Assembly: GCA_032718475.1 (NCBI GenBank)
Contig: JAUCBJ010005250.1
Coordinates: forward strand, 1-40,652
DNA: 40,652 nt
Source: Nemertoderma westbladi
Lineage: Eukaryota; Animalia; Xenacoelomorpha
Direction: 5' to 3'
Every line of letters starts with the position of its first letter. Positions within the stretch are counted from its first letter, which is position 1. The position numbers and the translations under genes are program-made. The notes below the pieces were generated by a model. It had not been told where the DNA came from. It saw nothing but the letters and a program-made list of their open reading frames with translations, and made no database searches. Shown here one piece after another: positions 33,601 through 40,652 of the stretch.

Positions 33601-35480
33601 GATAGAGATAGACTACAGGGTTACTATAAATAGTGAATGATAGAGATAGACTACAGGGTTACTATAAATAGTGAATGATAGAGATAGACTACAGGGTTAC
33701 TATAAATAGTGAATGATAGAGATAGATAGAGATATACTACTGGGTTACCATAAATAGTGAATGAGATAGATAGATAGAGATAGACTACAGGGTTACTATA
33801 AATAGTGAATGAGATAGATAGATAGAGATAGACTACTGGGTTACTATAAATAGTGAATGAGATAGATAGATAGATAGAGATAGACTACAGGGTTACTATA
33901 AATAGTGAATGATAGAGATAGATAGAGATATACTACAGGGTTACTATAAATAGTGAATGAGATAGATAGATAGAGATAGACTACTGGGTTACTATAAATA
34001 GTGAATGAGATAGATAGATAGAGATAGACTACAGGGTTACTATAAATAGTGAATGAGATAGATAGATAGAGATAGACTACAGGGTTACTATAAATAGTGA
34101 ATGATAGAGATAGACTACAGGGTTACTATAAATAGTGAATGATAGAGATAGACTACAGGGTTACTATAAATAGTGAATGAGATAGATAGATAGAGATAGA
34201 CTACTGGGTTACTATAAATAGTGAATGAGATAGATAGATAGAGATAGACTACTGGGTTACTATAAATAGTGAATGAGATAGATAGATAGAGATAGACTAC
34301 AGGGTTACTATAAATAGTGAATGAGATAGATAGAGATAGACTACAGGGTTACTATAAATAGTGAATGATAGAGATAGACTACAGGGTTACTATAAATAGA
34401 GAATGATAGAGATAGACTACAGGGTTACTATAAATAGTGAATGAGATAGATAGATAGAGATAGACTACAGGGTTACTATAAATAGTGAATGAGATAGATA
34501 GATAGAGATAGACTACTGGGTTACTATAAATAGTGAATGAGATAGATAGATAGAGATAGACTACAGGGTTACTATAAATAGTGAATGAGATAGATAGATA
34601 GAGATAGACTACAGGGTTACTATAAATAGTGAATGATAGAGATAGACTACAGGGTTACTATAAATAGTGAATGATAGAGATAGACTACAGGGTTACTATA
34701 AATAGTGAATGATAGAGATAGATAGAGATATACTACTGGGTTACTATAAATAGTGAATGAGATAGATAGATAGAGATAGACTACAGGGTTACTATAAATA
34801 GTGAATGAGATAGATAGATAGAGATAGACTACTGGGTTACTATAAATAGTGAATGAGATAGATAGATAGAGATAGACTACTGGGTTACTATAAATAGTGA
34901 ATGAGATAGATAGATAGAGATAGACTACAGGGTTACTATAAATAGTGAATGAGATAGATAGATAGAGATAGACTACAGGGTTACTATAAATAGTGAATGA
35001 GATAGATAGATAGAGATAGACTACTGGGTTACTATAAATAGTGAATGATAGAGATAGATTACAGTGTTACTATAAATAGTGAATGATAGAGATAGACTAC
35101 TGGGTTACTATAAATAGTGAATGATAGAGATAGACTACTGGGTTACTATAAATAGTGAATGATAGAGATAGACTACTGGGTTACTATAAATAGTGAATGA
35201 TAGAGATAGACTACTGGCTTACTATAAATAGTGAATGATAGAGATAGACTACTGGGTTACTATAAATAGTGAATGATAGAGATAGACTACTGGGTTACTA
35301 TAAATAGTGAATGATAGAGATAGACTACAGGGTTACTATAAATAGTGAATGATAGAGATAGACTACTGGGTTACTATAAATAGTGAATGATAGAGATAGA
35401 CTACTGGGTTACTATAAATAGTGAATGATAGAGATAGACTACTGGGTTACTATAAATAGTGAATGATAGAGATAGACTAC
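24622..35480. repeat. 10.9 kb intronic satellite of mixed 38-bp and 48-bp units (~250 copies)
   Basis: GGGTTACTATAAATAGTGAATGA[TAGAGA or GATAGATAGAGAGAGA]TAGACTAC(T/A). Confidence 0.99.
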
Positions 35481-36014
35481 CGGTACAATCTCTTGACTTA
35501 AGGGGGGGGGGGGGGGGGGGGGGGGTAGCGCATTTTCTGACCAAAAAGTCGAATTTTTGAAACATATCCTATCTGATGCAGAATTTCATGCTGAATCCAA
35601 ATATGGCAACAGTTTTCCCATATCTTGCTTAGTTTTCGAGATATCTGGGATAGAAGATACTGGCTCCGATATATCGCGATATCGATAAAGGCGATGAAGT
35701 TTGGGGTTTGCATTCAATTTCTGCAAATTTCTGTGCTCAGTGGTGCTAATTGGATCTCTCCAAGAGAAAGAGCTTAAAATTTTAATTGAGAAGGTATTTT
35801 TTTATTATTATTGGACATACTTGTCAGTTTATAAGACAACTTCAAGTCTCTTTAATGAAGACGGGACTCGAATAAGCAAGTCCGTAATTTATTGATAAAT
35901 ACTATGTTCTTGAACTCCTTGATATGGTGATTAAAAATCAAAAGGCCACCCACCCCAATTTGGTTTTTCCTGGGTCTGTGTTCCAGAGAGTTGGAAGAAC
36001 TTAGCGAGGAATAC

Positions 36015-37440
36015 TACTACTACTAGGTCGAGCGAACTCGGACAGTGGATATGAGATCCTTCCAGGCTTCCCGATTCTCCATAGTTGTCGCAATTTCGTT
36101 TCTCCCAAGTTCAGTATCCCTTTCAAGTTGATCTATATATGTTATGGCAGGTCGTCCACGACTACGCTTTCCATGAGTTGGTTGCCAGAGAAGTAGATCT
36201 GGTATGACCTCGTCTTTACTTCGCCAGCAGTGACCACTGAATCTTAATCTGCGTTTACGGAGGGTGGTTGATACAGGTGGTATTGTACCATAAAGCTCGG
36301 CGTTTGTCATGTGTTGTCTCCAGCTGATGTTTAGGGCTGCCCTTAGTAGTCTTGTGTAGCAACCATCAATTCGTTGTTCAAGTGATTTAGTCAGTGTCCA
36401 GGTCTCACCCCCGTATAAAAATATACTTTCCACTGTGGCTCGAAAGAACTTAGTCTTCAGGTGCCTGGAGAGATCTGATTTCCAGATGGTATCCATTTTT
36501 GATAGAGCTACCCAAGCCTTTGCTTTCCTAACTTCTATGTCCTTTTTGCTACTCTCTATCCATGATCCTAGGTACTGGAAGTCATCGACCTTCCTTAGAT
36601 GATTATTATCAATGGTTGTCAAGTTTCCATCAACATTAAAGGTCATGAATTCGGTCTTGGTAGCATTTATATGCAATCCAACCTCCTTAGCAGCCCTCTC
36701 CACTTTATTTAGTAGAAGCTGTGCATCTGCTAGCGTATTAGAGAGCAGGGCGATGTCATCCGCAAAGTCGGTGTCTGTGACTGTAGTTGCCGGATATCTA
36801 CTACTTCTGCGTTCTTGAAGTGTGAATCCCAGATCTTCACCCTTTGTGGCCGTCCTCATTGCGTAATCTAGCACAATTACAAATAGTAATGGTGCTAATG
36901 TGTCACCTTGCAGTACGCAAGCCAGGATTGAGAAAAACTCAGTTTCACCATCTGGTGAGAGTACCTGCGCTTCTGTGTCACAATATAACAATCCAATGCC
37001 AGCAACAATTACTTCTGGTATTCCATAAGCTCTTAGGATTTCAAGCATTTTACCTCTATGGATGGAGTCGAATGCCTTCTTGAAGTCCACAAAAGTCATG
37101 ACTGCGGGGAGATTCTTCGACTTAATTCCTTCAATCAGTCTCCGTAGTGCAAGTATCTGAGCTATTGTTGATCTACTTGGTCGAAATCCGTTTTGACTCT
37201 TACGCAGTAGTTTCTCTATGTGAGGCCTAATCCTATATAGAATCATTTTATTGTATATTTTGGCAGCTACCACAAGCAGACAGATCCCACGATAGTTTGT
37301 TGGTATGCCGAGGTCTCCTTTCTTGGGGAGAGGCTTTAGTTGACCTTTAGTCCAAATTGGTGGTGGCTTTTCCCCTTTTAACATCCGTTTGCAAACATTC
37401 AATAATGGTCTGTTTAGCACTCCGGTTTTCCATACCTACC
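36015..37440 (-). mobile_element. 5'-truncated family A RTE-like LINE with an uninterrupted RT frame
   Basis: The 465-aa open frame is nearly identical to the copy at 19510-22181 but lacks its lesions. (TAG)n tail; 11-bp TSD GCGAGGAATAC at 36004-36014 and 37441-37451. Confidence 0.96.
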
Positions 37441-37848
37441 GCGAGGAATACCTCGCTTTTAATAATAAACTCATTGTCGCCTCTTAAGATCAGAAAGAAA
37501 AAATCAACAAGTGGAACTACAACAGTTAGGCTGTTTTGAATTTCACTACCAGTGATATTCTTTCAATAAATATACTTTATTTATTTGTATGGAATTAATT
37601 TCGCATTACCAAATCGCCAGGGCGACATATTTTCCGGCTTTATATCAGTGCGACATTATTTCTCAGTATGTCTAACTACGCCATACAGTTTACTATGTAT
37701 TTCTAGTATATCCAATTCTAGTATATCCAGAATGTCACCGCGTCATTAATAGGTTGTCTACAAATAAATCGTGCCGTAACGCTATAAAGTGCTATTTTTA
37801 GAACAATAACGGATATATTACATAAGCAGCTCCATAAGAGATTATAGA

Positions 37849-38258
37849 TACTACTACTAGGATCGGCATGCTGCATTGCAGCTGCATTTTTAAGAATGCT
37901 GTGCCGGCTTGTCAACAAAATTGCACCGCCACAACTCCCTATCACCCATGACATTTGCTAGATCATCCGCATCTTTAAGGCCAGTGTCCTTTAAGATGCG
38001 TCTCAAGAAAGTCATGGGCTGTCCACCATGCTTATTCACTCCATGAGGCTGCCAAAGTACAAGATTATGCACTGGCTGGTCCTCACGGCGAAAGCAATAT
38101 CCTGCAAAGCGGAGGCGATTTTGTTCTAGTGTCAAGCTTGGGAGAACCAATGAGACACCTGCAATGTTATATAGTGTCTGGTTGGAGATGTGTGCATTGT
38201 ACTTGACACAATGAACCCGGCGTAGCATTCTTGTGAATGTGCCATCCGGAGATTTGGT
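37849..38258 (-). mobile_element. Short 3' fragment of family B RTE-like LINE
   Basis: Closely matches 20626-21034, including the (TAG)n tail; no clear TSD. Confidence 0.93.
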
Positions 38259-38574
38259 ATATGAAGTATACCAAACTTTCTACTGTTATATTTCACTTTG
38301 CAGTTTATCGACCAGGTTTTCAATCATACCAAAAATATAAATTAAAAACAATAAACGAATTTAGTATCTGGACAGGTTATAAGATAGAATTAAGAGCTAT
38401 AAAATACTTTATTAAGGTTAAATAAAGAAAGATACGAATTCTTCAATAAAAATCAAATAAAACCTGGTACATTATTCACACGCCAGTATAAATATTCTGA
38501 TTAGTTGACTATATTTGAATAGGAATTGCTCTTCTTAATACCATAGCAACCAGTGCAAATATTTCAATACTAAC

Positions 38575-38766
38575 TCTTCGTTGAGAAAATCGAATGCTTT
38601 CGGTCTCTCTGATTCATCCAAAATAGATTTTGTTTTCCCTTGAGATAGAGCGCCATCACCCGTCGATGAAGGGAATTGAATAGGGGTGGCAGAGTGTGCC
38701 AATGAGGACCGCTGGGAGGCTTTGGGGGTGGATGCGGATGAGGTTTGACCGAATAAATTGCTGAAC
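38575..38766 (-). CDS. SPAG9: JIP3/JIP4 scaffold, internal exon (missed by ORF track)
   Basis: TTTTCAG acceptor and GTTAGT donor, 192 nt, phase 2-2. FSNLFGQ...ERPKAFDFLNE matches JIP4 FSRLFSS...KSKAFDFLSEE. Confidence 0.88.
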
Positions 38767-39159
38767 CTGAAAATAATCAGAGTTTCTAGTTGGTATTCTA
38801 AATGTTGAAAACGTAGTAAGAATAATCTGGATCCAACACGGCCCCTAACGAGGGAAAAAAAACGCTGAAATTACCGCCAACAAAATGTTTGTAATATTGT
38901 TTACATTACGCCAATTTATTAGCGTAAGAGACATCATCGTAACAATTCAAAATCAATAACTTACAACGTATAACCTTCTAGAACAGTCTTGTTGTGTAAA
39001 ATAAAGTTAACCAAAATTTATTAATGTAAGAAGTTAGTTTTATCAAACACGTTGTAGGAATTAATTATTATACACAGCAAATCAATATAAAATAAAATGT
39101 TAATCGATAATATTAAAAGAACAATTTCTCCTTAAAATATTAGCCGAATGGACAAAAGT

Positions 39160-40652
39160 TAGAGAAGATATATGTTGTCTTTTAGAGAGGATATATGTTG
39201 TCTTTTAGAGAGGATATATGTTGTCTTTTAGAGAAGATTTAGAGAAGATATATGTTGTCTTTTAGAGAAGATATACGTTGTCTTTTATAGAAGATATATT
39301 TTGTCTTTCAGAGAAGATATATGTTGCCTTTTAGAAAATATATATGTTGAAGATATATATTGTCTTTTATAGAGAAGATATTTGTTGTCTTTTATAGAGA
39401 ATATATATGCTGTCTTTTAGAGAAGATATATGTTGCCTTTTAGAGAAGATATATGTTGTCTTTTAGAGAAGATATATGTTGTATTTTAGAGAAGATATAT
39501 GTTGTCTTTAATAGAGAAGATATATATTGTCTTTTAGAGAAGATATATGTTGTCTTTTAGAGAAGATATATGTTGTCTTTAATAGAGAAGATATATATTG
39601 TCTTTTATAGAGAAGATATATGTTGTCTTTTATAGAGAAGATATATGTTGTCTTTTATAGAGAAGATATATGTTGTCTTTTAGAGAAGATATATATTGTC
39701 TTTTAGAGAAGATATATGTTGACTTTTATAGAGAAGATATATGTTGTCTTTTATAGAGAAGATATATGTTGTCTTTTATAGAGAAGATAGAAGATATATG
39801 TTGTCTTTTAGAGACGATATATATTGTCTTTTAGATAAGATATATGTTGTATTTTATAGAGAATATATATGTTGTCTTTAATAGAGAGGATATATGTTGT
39901 CTTTTAGAGAAGATATATGTTGTCTTTTAGAGAAGATATATGTTGTCTTTAATAGAGAAGATATATATTGTCTTTTAGAGAAGATATATGTTGTCTTTTA
40001 GAGAAGATATATGTTGTCTTTAATAGAGAAGATATATATTGTCTTTTATAGAGAAGATATATGTTGTCTTTTATAGAGAAGATATATGTTGTCTTTTATA
40101 GAGAAGATATATGTTGTCTTTTAGAGAAGATATATATTGTCTTTTAGAGAAGATATATGTTGTCTTTTATAGAGAAGATATATGTTGTCTTTTATAGAGA
40201 AGATATATGTTGTCTTTTATAGAGAAGATAGAAGATATATGTTGTCTTTTAGAGACGATATATATTGTCTTTTAGATAAGATATATGTTGTATTTTATAG
40301 AGAATATATATGTTGTCTTTAATAGAGAGGATATTATTATGTTGTCTTTTAGAGAAGATATATGTTGTCTTTTAGAGAAGATATATGTTGTCTTTAATAG
40401 AGAAGATATATATTGTCTTTTAGAGAAGATATATGTTGTCTTTTAGAGAAGATATATGTTGTCTTTAATAGAGAAGATATATATTGTCTTTTATAGAGAA
40501 GATATATGTTGTCTTTTATAGAGAAGATATATGTTGTCTTTTATAGAGAAGATATATGTTGTCTTTTAGAGAAGATATATATTGTCTTTTAGAGAAGATA
40601 TATGTTGTCTTTTATAGAGAAGATATATGTTGTCTTTTATAGAGAAGATATA
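39160..40652. repeat. 23/25-bp satellite with 441-bp higher-order repeat, running off the window end
   Basis: Unit AGAGAAGATATATGTTGTCTTTT(AT). Diagnostic variants recur at 39781/40222 and 39811/40252. Confidence 0.96.

Noticed and set aside
24622-35480. CRISPR-like appearance of a constant repeat with variable linkers
   Set aside because: Linkers are a few GATA/GA variants rather than unique spacers, there are no cas genes, and the context is eukaryotic.
35498-37487. Possible TTAA-flanked DNA transposon hosting the LINE
   Set aside because: TTAA occurs at both ends but the termini are not inverted repeats.

Overview
This is AT-rich, repeat-dense animal (invertebrate-type) genomic DNA, and most entries in the ORF track are artefacts of tandem repeats. 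Three host genes are supported: four spliced + strand exons of a STAT5-like transcription factor (5222-6664), an intronless secreted single-domain angiotensin-converting enzyme (9124-11028, +), and three spliced - strand exons of a JIP3/JIP4 (Sunday driver/SPAG9) scaffold (38766 down to 17403). STAT and JIP point toward each other, and I could not find the next exon of either in the window. The mobile DNA comprises a 5.4 kb element with ~2 kb terminal inverted repeats and Polinton-like AGTAGT ends (11750-17151), a Sola-like non-autonomous DNA transposon (3498-5172), and four copies from two RTE-like LINE families with (TAG)n tails, one nested inside another. The 5.4 kb element carries inward-facing TATA boxes, outward-facing tRNA-like Pol III units and one zinc-finger/acidic ORF. 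A type I hammerhead ribozyme sits between Pol III A and B boxes at ~22780-22880. Five large tandem arrays are present, including a 10.9 kb 38/48-bp satellite. All family assignments come from reading motifs by eye; no database search was run.
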